64,000 nucleotides of DNA, taken from assembly GCF_006345805.1 (NCBI RefSeq), contig NC_043015.1, positions 50,406,001 to 50,470,000 of the forward strand, in the 5' to 3' direction. The notes below the pieces were generated by a model that saw only the letters and a program-made list of their open reading frames with translations, was not told the DNA's origin and ran no database searches. The DNA comes from Octopus sinensis. Taxonomy: Eukaryota. Positions 24,812-37,792 of the stretch are shown one piece after another. The position numbers were made by a program, and so were the translations under genes. Positions within the stretch are counted from its first letter, which is position 1. Each line of letters opens with the position of its first letter.

Positions 24812-25290
24812 GCGTGTGTGTGTGTGTGTGTGTTTGTGTGTGTCTGTGTGTGTTTGTGTGTGTGTGTGTTCATGTGTGTATGTGTGTGAGTGTTTGTGTG
24901 TGTGTGTGTGAGTGTCTGTGTATGTGTGTGTATGTGTGTGTTTGTGTGTGAATGTGTGAGAGTGTGTGTAAGTGAGTGTGTGAGTGAGTGTGTGTGTGTG
25001 AGTGATGAAGTGTGTTAGTGTGTGTGTGTGAATGAGTGAATGTGTGTGTAAGAGAGAGTGTGAATGTGTACGACTGTGTGAGTGGGAGTGATATTTGTGT
25101 GAGTGTGCATGTGTGTGCGAGAGAGAGAGTGTGTGAGTGAGTGTGTGTGTGTGAGTGTGTTTGTGTGTGTGTGTGTGAGTGAGTGAATGTGTGTGTAAGA
25201 GAGAGTGTGAATGTGTACGACTGTGTGAGTGGGAGTGATATTTGTGTGAGTGTGCATGTGTGTGCGAGAGAGAAAGAGAAAGAGAAAGTG
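24812..25290. repeat. (TG)n-derived tract with an internal ~95-bp duplication
   Basis: GAGTGAATGTGTGTGTAAGAGAGAGTGTGAATGTGTACGACTG... occurs at ~25033 and ~25180. Confidence 0.9.
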
Positions 25291-26718
25291 AAACCGAAAG
25301 TGAAAGAGACATTACTGCAACAGAAAAACAATAACAATCAAATCAGTAACCTCGTAACAGAAACGTCAGACGAGCAATTTAAATTCGTTTCAAAGGGGAC
25401 TCGAGTATATGGTGCCAATGGTCTGAAATAATGGTCACCCTATAACCCCATAACCCAATAATATCAATGTATATCTCTGAGCTTATATAACAGTTTAACA
25501 ACATTATAATGTGGTGTTTTCGATCAATGTGTGGACAGATAATTCACAGAGTTTGGATAAATCAAATCATTGTTTGTCTTTGTAGCCATAGAGCTGTTCA
25601 ACAATAATGTAATCTTGACATACCAGTAATGTATAAGGGTGGACTAAATCAACATTATCCCTTTTTTATATTCATCATTATAATCCTTTCAACCATGAAT
25701 GTACTTTCTACATAATCTTTTCTACTATCGGCACAAAGCCTTAAATTTGGGCGGAGGTGCTAGTCGCTTACATTGATCCCCCAGTGTATAACTGGTATTT
25801 ACTCTGTCGACACCCCTTCCCCACCTGGAAAGGATGAAAAGCAAAGTTGGCCTTGGCAGAATTTGAACCCAGAATGTAAGGACAAATGAAAGGCATTTTG
25901 CCCAGCATGCTAATGATTCCGCCAGCTTGCCACATTAATGATGATGGTGGTGGTGGTGTTGATGGTGGCGATGATGATGATGATGATCCTTTCAATTATA
26001 GGTACAAATTTTGGGGGAGGGGACTCATCAACTCCAAAGTTTCACTAGTACTCAATTTACTGACCCTGAAAAGATGAAAGCCAAGTCAACCTCAGCGGAT
26101 TTTGAACCCAGAACGTGAAGGCAGACGAAATACCACTAAGCATTTCACCTGGTGTGCTAATGATTCTGCCAGCTCGCCACCTTAGTAATGATAATAATAA
26201 TGATACTGATAATAATAATAATAATAATAATAGTAATAGTAATAGTAATCATCATCATCATCATCATTTAGCGTCCGCTTTCCATGCTAGCATGGGTTGG
26301 ACGGTTCAACTGGGGTCTGTGAATTATTATTATATGACCTATATAATTACTGTATAACAGTTTACCATTCATATAACAATGCTAGAATGATCTCTAAAAA
26401 GGCAGAAGAATAGTAAAAAAATGTGAAATAAGCCAAAATGTCAAAGAAAAGTTTTCTATTTTTTTATCCTTAAAGAAACTGTTGTAACAATTCTTTGTCA
26501 GTAGTGTAGTCAAAGTACTCAAGAGGTGTCAATGTTGTTGATATTGCAGTTGTTGTTGCTGTTGATATTAATACCGCCAGTGTTAATGTTGCCATTGTTA
26601 CCGCTAGATTTTTTTTTTTTTTGTGTGTGTGTGTGTGCCAATGATCTTCAATTTGTCATTGTTCTTACCAAAAGAAAGAAATTCGATGATGTCGATGTTA
26701 TTATTTTTTTTTCGCAGT

Positions 26719-27213
26719 TCATGCCATAGTTGTTATCTGTGATATATTGGTTTGTGTGGTGGATGGAAAGAGATAACAGCATCCCAAAAAAAAAAAGGCC
26801 AAAAGTAACAAAAAAAAACAAAACAACAACCTCAAACCAAAATGATTGAGAGGAGGGGGGTTTGAGAAATAAATGTTTATTGATCTGTAACAAATAACTT
26901 CAGAGTAGCTGATAAAAGCCGATGAAATTGCCAAATAATTGAGGCATTTCTTCAAAATAATAGTTGATAGATGCTCTAAATGTTTGCATTTACAGTTTGC
27001 TAACGTATAAAGAGAGGAATTCAGCTTGGAACTGTCAGTTGTAGCTTTAAGGTAATTTCTGTTTGCCAAACAGTTGCAGCAACCGTTGTTGCTGTTGTTG
27101 CTGCTGCTGTTCGGTAGCGGAGGTCCCCCTAGAGAATTCTGTTTATCCATGAAAGAACACATCAGTAACTGAAGTGTTGCTCTATTGGTGTTGTCACCAT
27201 GGCAACCAGATCG
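26719..27213 (-). CDS. Candidate coding exon / 5' ORF of an unidentified gene
   Basis: The frame is open from 27213 (after a TTTCATTAG acceptor-like site) through MCSFMDKQNSLGGPPLPNSSSNNSNNGCCNC...LEHLSTIILKKCLNYLAISSAFISYSE. It is not part of any repeat seen elsewhere in the window and is locally CpG-richer. No homology recognised and no strong donor identified. Confidence 0.3.
   Translation of the reverse strand, partial: RSGCHGDNTNRATLQLLMCSFMDKQNSLGGPPLPNSSSNNSNNGCCNCLANRNYLKATTDSSKLNSSLYTLANCKCKHLEHLSTIILKKCLNYLAISSAFISYSEVICYRSINIYFSNPPPLNHFGLRLLFCFFLLLLAFFFLGCCYLFPSTTQTNISQITTMA
27167..27206 (-). promoter_or_regulatory. RFX X-box + CCAAT + Inr-like cluster
   Basis: GTCACCATGGCAAC (27193-27206) fits RYYNYYWWRRNRAC. 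ATTGG lies at 27184-27188 and TCAGTT on the minus strand at 27167-27172. ATGs follow at 27162 and 27150. Confidence 0.45.
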
Positions 27214-27394
27214 CTAATGAAACCGACACGATGAAATTTGTGAAACGGGGGTGATATTTTCGGTTTCCTTTATTAATGTCAGGCTGCTGCTGCTGCTGCT
27301 GCTGCTGGTGGTGGTGGTGGTGATGGAAAGGACGAGGGGTGGATGTGGGTAAAATTCTATGATTTAAAATTTGTTCAATTCAAGAATCAATATC

Positions 27395-27429
<35 letters not shown>

Positions 27430-27904
27430 CGCTGACAGCAGCAACAACAATGATGACAACATCAACAAGAAGGCCAATGACACCCACGGCTGTTGAATAA
27501 TGCAATAAGGCAAATAAATAAGGTCAATTAAGAAACTTATTAACATAGAGGTGAAGGCGTGGCTGTATGGCTAAGGAAGTTTACTATGAAATCATGAGAT
27601 TCCAGGTTCAGTCTCATTATACATTCAGCCCCTTGGGCAAGTGTGATCTACTACGGTCTCAGTGCCAGGCTGAGGGCATCTAGAAATTATTCATGAGAGT
27701 TTCCAATCGGAAAGCCCTCCAGAAAAGATTAGCCAGTTTGTTCTCAATAATAATAATAATGGTGGACTCTCGCATTGAAGATGTTGTGTAAGGTGTAGGA
27801 GTGGCTGTGTGGTAAGTAGCTTGCTTACCAACCACGAAGGTGGGTGAAATACCACTAAGCATTTTGCCTGACATCCTAATGCTTACATCCTAATGCTGCC
27901 TTGA

Positions 27905-28007
27905 TAACAATAATAATGTTAATAATAATGATGATGATAATGATGATGATTGATGATGATGATGATGATGAGGATGATGATGATGAGGAGGAGGAGAAGA
28001 TGATGAT

Positions 28008-28038
<31 letters not shown>

Positions 28039-28190
28039 AAGAAGAAGAAGAAGAAGAAGAAGGAGAAGAAGCAGAAGAAGAAGCAGAAGAAGCAGAAGAA
28101 GAAGGAGAAGAAGAAAAAGAAGGAGAAGGAGAAGAAAAAGAAGGAGAAGGAGGAGGAGAAGAAAAAGAAGAAGAAGAAGAAGAAGAAGAA
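27905..28190. repeat. (GAT)/(GAG)/(AAG)n microsatellite
   Basis: Direct reading of the sequence; explains the poly-K/poly-F ORFs. Confidence 0.95.
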
Positions 28191-28474
28191 TACTTTACTC
28201 CAATGTGACTTTGATGGCATGCACTGCTCTCTCACTAAATAATAATAACAATAATCGTTTGTACTATAGACACAAGATTTGAAATTTTGATGGGAGGGTA
28301 TTAACCGATTACATCGATCCAGGGTTCAAACTGGTACTTATTTTATCAACTACATAAGGACAAAAGGAAAGTTGTCCTTGGTGGAATTTGAACTCAGTAT
28401 GTAAAAATGGACAAAATGACACCAAGTGTTTTGTCTGGCGCAGTAACAATTCTGCCAGCTCACCACTTTGATGT

Positions 28475-28511
<37 letters not shown>

Positions 28512-28755
28512 AATTATAATAATGGTTTCAAGTTTTGGCACAGGACCAGCAATTTGGGGGCAGGGGCCAAGTCAACCCCATTGCTCAACTGGTACTTATT
28601 TTATCGATCTCAAAAGAATGGAAAGCAAAGTTAACCTCAGCAGGATTTGAACTCAGAATGTAAGGACGGACAAAATGCTGGCAAGCATTCTGCCTGGTGT
28701 TCAAATGATTCTGCCAGTTCACCGCTTTAATAATAATAATGATGACGACGACGAC

Positions 28756-28798
<43 letters not shown>

Positions 28799-29374
28799 CA
28801 TGTGTATGTCTATGTGTGAGTGTCTGGATAGTTGGATAGTCACCTGATTAATATGAACTCTCATCAAACACAAAACATCCCCATTTGTGAAGTCATCATA
28901 GCTGTTTACCATTCTTTGATAGAACTTTAAACTAATCAAGGCATCAAAAAAAAAAACAGAAAAAAAAAATAGATTCTTAACTGGCAGGTGAAGGAACAGA
29001 GGGAATAACGTGAAAACTAATTTTTTCAAGGGTTCCAAAATAATTCTAGATTAAAAACAGGAAATAAAATTAATTTCTGATTCTCAGTGCAGTATAATGA
29101 CATAAAAATTTTTTTTTGAAAATGGTTAATCTGATAACAGGAGCAGAAAAAAATTAAGCCATGATGTGATTAGCAGATCAGTTGACATTCTGTGAAAGGA
29201 TAAAATTTTGTATTAAGCGCTTGAGGATGATTAGACTGGATCGTTATTGTTGATTTTAAGGATGTGGACCCTTCCAGCAAGAGGTACAACTCCTCCTTTT
29301 TGTCATTCAACAGTTGAATTCCTTAATTTGTTCATTACTTCAGTTAAAAAATGTGAGATGCTATAAGGATTGAG

Positions 29375-30415
29375 ACTCTGTAGAAATGTGAGTTGCTTTA
29401 AAAAGTGTCAGATGCTATATAAAAGTGAGATGCAATAAAAATTATGAAATTACTCAAAGTAAAGTATTATCAAAGAGTAAGATGCTATAAAAAGTGAGAC
29501 ATTATAAAAAGTGAGGCACTATAGAAAGGGAGGCACTATAAAAATGAGGCACTATAAAAAAGTGAGACGCTATAAAAAAGTGAGATGCTATAAAAAGTGA
29601 GACACTATAGAGACACTATAAAAAGTGAGGCAATATAGAAAGGGAGGCACTATAAAAAGTGAGATGCTATAAAAAGTGAGGTGTTATAAAAAGTGAGACA
29701 CTATAAAAAAGCGAGGCACTATAAAATAAGTGAGGTTGTATAAAAAAATGAGGCACTATAAAGAGACACTATAAAAAGTGAGACACTATAAAAAGTGAGG
29801 CGCTATAAAAAAGTGAGGTGCTATAAAAAGTGTGGCACTATAAAAAGTGAGGCACTATAAAATGTGAGGCACTATAAAAAGTGAGGCACTATAAAAAGTG
29901 AGGCACTATAAAAAAGTGAGGTGCTATAAAAAGTGAGGCACTATAAAAAGTGAGTCACTATAAAAAGTGAGGCACTATAACAAGTGAGGTACTATAAAAA
30001 AGTGAGGCACTATAAATAGTGATACACTATGAATACTGAGAAACTATAAAAAGTGTGGCACTATCAAAAATTGGTGCTATAAAAATATGAGACATTATAA
30101 ACAAAGCAAAATGCCATAAAAAGCATTTATGAAAAAATGCTATAAAAAAATGAGACACTATGAAAATGTGGACTATAAGAAAGTAACATACTATAAAGTG
30201 AGATGTTATAAATAAATGAGACACCATAAAAGAGTGAGGTGCTATAAAAAAAAGTGAGACACTAGAAAACTGAGATGCTATAAAAAGCAAGTTGTTAATA
30301 AAAAAAGTGAGATTCTATGGAAACACAAGCCTATAAAAATTGAGATGCTATAAAAAGTGAGACGTTACAAGAAGTGAGACGCTATAAAAGTGTAAGGTTC
30401 CAAAGTGAGACAATA
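29375..30415. repeat. 17-18-bp minisatellite, consensus GCACTATAAAAAGTGAG
   Basis: Roughly 55-60 tandem units, homogeneous at ~29760-30015 and decaying toward both edges. Confidence 0.95.
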
Positions 30416-30429
30416 AAAAAATATGCAAC

Positions 30430-30640
30430 TGATTCACATGTTAGCTTCTGGATTTAGTTTCAAATATGCAAGTAAATGTGACCATTTGAATAGCTAGAAA
30501 TAACAGCAAAATCTCCCTTAACACCATACTGCTTATAAAAGCAGAAGGATGCATTGGATAATGTTGTTTTTTCAAAAGAACTTTGATTGTAGGGCTTACT
30601 TATTCAATAATGATCAGGAATAAACAACAACAACAACAAT
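30430..30640 (+). mobile_element. Old dispersed repeat, family E (GCTAGAAATARCAGCMAAATCTCC core, (AAC)n tail)
   Basis: Diverged homologues near 2110-2315, 5645-5810, 10930-10985 (+) and 41835-41920, 61630-61835 (-). Confidence 0.55.
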
Positions 30641-32289
30641 AACAACAGTTAGCTGTTATCTCAGTAGCACATAACTGCAATCCAACATGGAAAAAAGCAC
30701 GAGGTATTTACGTTTGCGATAACGATTTTATATTATTAAAATATAGACTAAATGTTTATTTTTTAATATGAAAAATATGTTTAAAGTAAGAAAAAAAAAG
30801 GCAAAAAAAAAGAAAGAAAGAAAGAAAAATAACTAAATTTCCAAGAGAAATAAATGAATTATCAGCATTTAACCACTTGAAAAATAAGAAACAGATGTTT
30901 TTTAAGGAATTGAAAGATAAGCCATTCCATCAAACAATAAATAAATTATTTTAAAGCTACAAAAACAAAACAAGAAAAAGGAAAAAGAAAGAAAATGATT
31001 GTTAATTACTTAAAGCTGTCTTTTGTAATTATATCATTGCCGAATGGTTCTTCGTTCTTTCTACTCTCTCTCTCTTTCTTTTTTAATGCAGAAACAGTTC
31101 TACCAAACGTTGAAGAGTGGAAAGAAGGGCCCTTGGCAAAGACTACTTCACGAGATCAAGTCTTACTTAATATCCTCGTTAGCTATATATTAATTTATAA
31201 ATCCATTGACATTAATAATATCTTATTGACAGAGTTTTCAGAATTCATGCTATTAAAAATATTTATTTGCTTTCACAAATAATATAGTTTAAAAAAAAAA
31301 TTCATCTGTCTAATCATCATCATCATCATCATCATCATCCTCCTCGTCGTCATCATCATCATTTAACATCCAGTTTTCATACTGGTATGGGTTAGGCAGT
31401 TCAAAAGGAGCTTGCAAGGTCAGGAGTTGTGCCAGGTTCCGTAGTCTGTTTTGGAATTGTCTCTGTGGCTGGATGCCCTTCCTGACACCAACCGCTATAC
31501 AGAATGCACTAAATGCATTTTATGTGGCACCAGCACAGGAGCTTTTTATGTGGCACCACTATGGGTACTTTTTATGTGGCACCAGCCTGGGTGCTTTTTA
31601 TGTGGTACTAGCATGGGTGCTTTTTGTGACACCAGCATGGGTGCTTTGCTGTGGCACAAGCATGGGTGACTTTTACATGGCACCAGCATACATACATACA
31701 TATTTACGTATGCACATACATACGTACATACATACACATATATATACCTGTAGGTGCAAGCATGGCTGTGTGGTTAAGCTTGCTTCCCAATCCTGTGGAT
31801 TCAGGTTCTGTTCCTATTGCATGCTATCTTGAGCAAGTGTCTTCTTCTTTAGCACAACCTTTAAGTCAAGCAAATCAACTCCAGGACTTATTCCTTGTAA
31901 GCCTAGTACTTATTCTATTGGTTCCTTTTTCCGAGCTGCTAAGTTACGGGGACATAAACACACCAGCATTGGTTGTCATGCGATGGTGGACGGACAGATA
32001 CAGACACACAAACACACACATATATATATATATGACGGGCTTCTTTCAGTTTCCGTCTACCAAATCCACTCACAAGGCTTTGGTCAGCCTGAGGTTATAT
32101 TAGAAGACATTAGCCCAAGGTGCCACGCAGTGGGACTGAACCCGGAACCATGTGGTTGGTAAGCAAGCTACGTACCACACAGCCACTCCTGCGCCTATCC
32201 ATGTTAAGAAACTCCCATATATTTTAAACCTAATTTTTGACACAAAAATGGTTCCTTAAACATTGAAATACAGTAAATGAAGAATTCAA

Positions 32290-32905
32290 TCAAATAACTT
32301 TATGCTGGGAACATAAATTAACAGAAAATTTTGATTGAATGTTTTAATTGAAATCATTTTAACCCTTTTGTTATGGTATTTCTATTGAAATACACTGTCT
32401 TTGTTTCAGGTAATTTTGAAAGTAATGAAGAATTTACTGAAATAATATTGTTGCTATTAAGACGGTATTTAGAACATAAATTTAAATGGAATTTTGAATG
32501 AAGGTTTCAGTTTAGATCACTTTAAGCCTTTCTGTTTAATTACACTGGTATTATTTCTGTGAATTTTAAAAACAATAAAGAATTTAGTAAAGTGACTTTA
32601 TCATTATTAAGGAGTATAAATTATTAAGGAATATAAATTCATAGAAAATTTTGATGGAAGGTTTTAATTTAAATCACTTTGACCCTTTTCTTACCGTATT
32701 TCAATTTAATTACATAACCTTTGTTTCATTAATTTTGAAAATAAAGAATTTAGCAAGGACAACTTTCTTGCGATTAAGCAGTTGTTTGGAACATAAATTA
32801 ACATGGAATTTTAATGAAAGGTTTCAATTTAGATTACTGCTTTGAAAGGGAAAACTTTTGCCATAGAACCAGAGACAGCCTTCGATGGGTTGGTATCAAA
32901 AGGAC
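32290..32905 (+). repeat. ~160-bp diverged tandem array, possibly inside a TTAA-CCCTTT-ended (piggyBac-like) element
   Basis: Units start TT(A/G)A(C/G)CCTTT at ~32358, 32521 and 32680 and share GAATTTAG..AA..AACTTT..CATTATTAAG..GAACATAAATT..GGAAGGTTT. The right end GGTATCAAAAGG is inversely similar to the unit start. Confidence 0.7.
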
Positions 32906-33527
32906 CTAAAATCTACTCCTGTTAGAACTATATAGACAGTTATTCTAACAATATAACCGTTCAAAACCTGTCATTCACTATGAGTATATATAAAAGAAGG
33001 AATGTGAAATAAAAATGTCATCTTTTCATTAACAAAATCATCTTTGTATAATAATCTTTTCTAAGGTGCAGGTGTGGCTGTGTGGTAAGAAGCTTGCTTC
33101 CTTCAGGCAAGTGTCTTCTACTATAGCCTCAGGCCAACCAAAACCTTGTGAGTGGACTTGGTAGACAGAAACTGAGAGATGCCTACCGTATATATATATA
33201 TATATGTGCCGGTGGTATGTGAAAAGCATTCAAGTGAGGTCATTGCCAGTGCTGCTGGATTGGCTCCTGTGCGGGTGGCACATAAAAGACACCACTTGAG
33301 TGTGTCAGTTGCCAGTACCGCCTGACTGGCCCTCATGCCGGTGGCACGTAAAAGCACCCACTATACTCTCGGTGTGGTTGGCATTAGGAAGGGTGTCCAG
33401 CTGTAGAAACTCTACCAGATCAGATTGGAGCCTGGTGCAACCATCTGTATCGCCAGTCCTCTGTCAAATCGTCCAACCCATGCCAGCATGGAAAGCGGAC
33501 GTTAAATGATGATGATGATGATGATGA

Positions 33528-33562
<35 letters not shown>

Positions 33563-35246
33563 TATATATACACACACACACACATATTTTGATACCAACC
33601 CATCGAAGGCTGTCTCTGGTTCTATGGCAAAAGTTTTCCCTTTCAAAGCAGTAATCTAAATTGAAACCTTTCATTAAAATTCCATGTTAATTTATGTTCC
33701 AAACAACTGCTTAATCGCAAGAAAGTTGTTCTTGCTAAATTCTTTATTTTCAAAATTAATGAAACAAAGGTTATGTAATTTAATATATTTTTTTTTTCTC
33801 TATTTTGTTGCACACACGCATTTTTACTAATACATACGCGGTGAAGCTACACATTAGCGTCGTATTTTTACGTTCGCTATTTCCAGTAAATATCGGTACT
33901 TAGTTGTGCCATTTATTTACTAATTTGTGTATTTTTCCCTCACGGGCTACTTTTTACTGGAAGGCAATACTTTGTATTGCATTACTGATATTTTGAAACT
34001 TCTTCACCGTTTCTCGTACTGTTAGCATTCCGTATTTCAGTCGAGTGTGTTAGTATTAATGTGGTAACATCGTAGTTTCGTCTTGGTATATGTTTGGCTG
34101 AATTAGGTAAAGCAAATATGGGTGAGAGACATATCTTGCAAAACCTGAAACCTGCAGGTACCACATTATCCATTTTCCGGGTGTTTCATCTTTCAGATGT
34201 TCTCCCTGGAGGTAAGACGGTTTTTTTTTCTCTATTTTGTTGCACACACGCATTTTTACTAATACATACGCAGTGAAGCTACACATTAGCGTCGTATTTT
34301 TACGTTCGCTATTTCCAGTAAATATCGGTACTTAGTTGTGCCATTTATTTACTAATTTGTATATATATATATATATACATGTATATATATATGTATTTAT
34401 AAGTGCGTATACATGCATCACAGCTCGTGTACAGTTTTTCCATGTAACATATTCTACCCACAAGTTAGTAGTGCTCAATCTGAAGCTATGGGAGAAGGTG
34501 TTATGCAGTAAGGACCAAATTTGGAGCCACAGGGTTGCGAAACAAACATCTTTAGCCACATAACCATGCTCATCTAGCCAGTTAGGCGCCACTGGAAGCA
34601 CATGAATAACATGATTAGATACCAAGATAATGTCATAAATGAAAGATCAATATACACCAATGCTTATTTAATATGATTTAGTCAGAGGCAAGTCAGCCTG
34701 ATTTTGAAAGAGACACCGGAAGAATTTTGCACAAAGGAACTAAACTTGTATATTTATTTTGTCAAAGTTTGGAATTTTACCAACTATGTTATTCTAACAA
34801 TGGTGGAATCCTTTTGAGTGAAAGAGCTATTGAAAACACTTGGGAGAAAAAAATGATGTCTTAGATGAATAAAATAGGCTTTACCAAAAGTTGAAATTCT
34901 TTGGAATTGAATCTTAAATGATTTCGTTGAAGAATTACATTTTTTCCTAATCCACAAAACTGTATAATGCCAAGCAACTATTATTAATAATATATGAGAA
35001 ATGTTTACTGTTGAGCGGGTGACTCAACATCTGTATTGCGTCATGGAATTTTATAGCAACTAAATATATAAAAGGCAAACAAATGGCGCTTTTATTCAAT
35101 TTAATTCTGCATCTGTACAGAAAAGAAGAGCAATTATATGATAATCACAAGTATAAATATGGTAGCTTTGAATTCTGTTAGGGAAGGATAAAAATTAACA
35201 AACAAAAAATAACAATAAATAAATAAAATAAACTAGAACGATAATG

Positions 35247-35277
<31 letters not shown>

Positions 35278-35365
35278 TAATAATAATAATAATAGTAATA
35301 ATAATAATATAATAATAATAATATAATAATAATAATAATATATAATAATAATAATGATGATGATG

Positions 35366-35398
<33 letters not shown>

Positions 35399-35543
35399 GT
35401 AATAATGATAATAATTCTCATTGAAATGTTAGAAACGAAATGGAATTATAAAACTATTCAATCCATGCCAACATGCAATAAAATAATTTATAAAAGTAAA
35501 AATAATCACACATAATGCATGTGATATGTGCTTGTATGTGCAC

Positions 35544-35597
<54 letters not shown>

Positions 35598-36293
35598 GTA
35601 AGTATATATATTTATATGTATATATTTATATTTATATTTATATGTATGTATGTATGTATGTGTGTGTGTATGCATGTACGTTTAAAGTGTGAGATACATG
35701 TAGAACATATACATGTGTGTAATTTATACATGTGTAAATATGTGCATACACACAAACACACAGATACACATGTGTACACACACATGCACATATGTGTTTG
35801 TGTGCATGTATGTGTGTATTTAGTGCATGAGTCTGTAAGTGTGAATGAGTGCACGCTCACAAAAAGTATGCATTCATATTTGATCAGACACCAAGAAATG
35901 AATAACAATAATAATAATACTAATAATGGTGATGATGATGATGATGATGATGATGAAGTGGAAGAGTTCCTTCTTTCCTATTAAATGGTAAATTGTCCAA
36001 TAATCCATTATGACTGTTAAATGGTAGTGGGAAATCTACAAAAAGCAATTATTTTCTAAATCTATAGGAAGCCACTTTTCAATATTTTTAGGAAAGGTTT
36101 TGCAGAAAATTTTGAGAAAAATGTTGGGTAGGATAGTAAATAATTCAGTCATATATTCCAATATATTTCTCGGTGGCTTAATATATGTCATAACTAATAT
36201 GGTACATGGATGTAATATGAGCAGATATTATGACAGTTGTGTGTGAGGTAATTGGATTTCGAATAGTTATCTGGGAAGGGTTTTGAATATGTA

Positions 36294-36857
36294 TTGGGTT
36301 GTCCGGAAAGTTCATGCCACTTTTTAAAGGAAAGAAAAAGGTAATAAATACTTCCCATTATTTTTTAATCAACCAAATATGAACCATTTTGTTGCACAAC
36401 GCGTCTCCATCTTTCCTTTAACTTGAAAATATCTTCTTCCCAGAATTGAGGTGGTTTCATGGCAAAGAATTCATCAAGATATCTTTTTATGTGATCCAAG
36501 AAATTGAAATTTTTACCATTAAGACTATTCTGCAGAGACCTGAATAAGTGGAAATTGGAAGGAGCAATATCTGGTGAATATGGAGGGAGGAGTAACACAT
36601 CCCAGTTGAGCTGCAGCAATTTTTGTCTGGTTCCCAAAGCATCAAGTGCCGAAAATGAACCTTCTTATTTTCCATTTTAAAGGGTTACAGAATAAACACA
36701 GGATATAGGAACATAAACCTTCTTCCACGAAAAGATAGCTTAAACTGTGCTCTAAATGGAGGTGTAGTCAAATCCTATTTTATGGACTCAACCATGTTCT
36801 AAAATAAGTCGAAAGGTAAGCTACTATTAATTGGCATGAACTTTCCGGACAACCCAA
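36294..36857 (-). mobile_element. Internally deleted mariner (DD34D-type) element with perfect TIRs
   Basis: 26-bp TIR TTGGGTTGTCCGGAAAGTTCATGCCA at 36294-36319 and 36832-36857, with TA on both flanks. Transposase C-terminus NWDVLLLPPYSPDIAPSNFHLFRSLQNSL...ERWRRVVQQNGSY (36365-36637). Confidence 0.95.
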
Positions 36858-36872
36858 TACAATGAGATCATA

Positions 36873-37135
36873 AGCACGTGGCTGAGTGGTTAGGCTGTTG
36901 CACACATGATCACTAAATCGTGAGATCAATTCGTAGACCAGACAGCATGTTATGTTCTTGAGCAAAACACTTCATTTCATGTTGTTGTAGTCCCACTTTT
37001 GACCAGGAGGAGAATGTTAGCCTACTTGCCTAGCCAGAGGAATGGGGTCATTCCAAGGCTAGAACAATGCAAAGTGCATTGTGACCAGTGAGGTGTAACA
37101 CCACTGGATAATCTGGTTAGTCATGTGATCACAAT
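36873..37135 (+). mobile_element. Old tRNA-headed SINE with CORE-like TTGAGCAAAACACTT motif
   Basis: The head CACGTGGCTGAGTGGTTAGG is followed by a CORE-like segment. Related minus-strand copies lie near 22560-22660 and 62090-62505. Confidence 0.55.
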
Positions 37136-37750
37136 TAGATTAGGATATTAAAGTAGGATTGTCCTTGTGAAAAACAAAATTAAAAAATAACAAGAGATAG
37201 GGAAAACATCAGGAAATAAATTTAGAGAAATACATACATAATATGAATCATCAACACACACACACACACAAACATGCGTGCACACACACACACATACACA
37301 CACACACACACATGCACATATGCACACACACATACACACACATGTAAAGAGAAATGAGAATAAACGAAATGGAAAGAATATTAAAGAAACTAAATTATTA
37401 AAGGATAAATGGTTTATGAAGAATTTAATGGGAAATTGGCAAAAAGATTAGCTGGAATGGTAGAAGAAGGAAGCAACAGAAATAATAATGATTTTAAATT
37501 TTGGCACAAGGCCAATGTTTTAGGGGTAGGTGAGGGTGCCAATCGATTACATCACCCATGCTCAGTTGTTACTTTATTTTATTGACCTCGAAAGGATGAA
37601 CGGTAAAGTTTTCTTGGAAGAATTTGAACTCAGCAAGTAAAGTGTCCAAAATTCCACCAAGCACTTTGTCCAGTGTGCTAACAATTCTGCCAACTCACCA
37701 CCTTAATAGTAATAATAATGATAATAATAATAATAATGATAATAATAATG

Positions 37751-37792
<42 letters not shown>

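Noticed and set aside
29375-30415. CRISPR-like regular short repeats
   Set aside because: The units are contiguous with no unique spacers, no cas genes are present, and the context is eukaryotic; it is a minisatellite.
35990-36290. Possible CR1/L2 RT C-terminal relic on the minus strand
   Set aside because: It is too degenerate and no diagnostic motif could be read with confidence.
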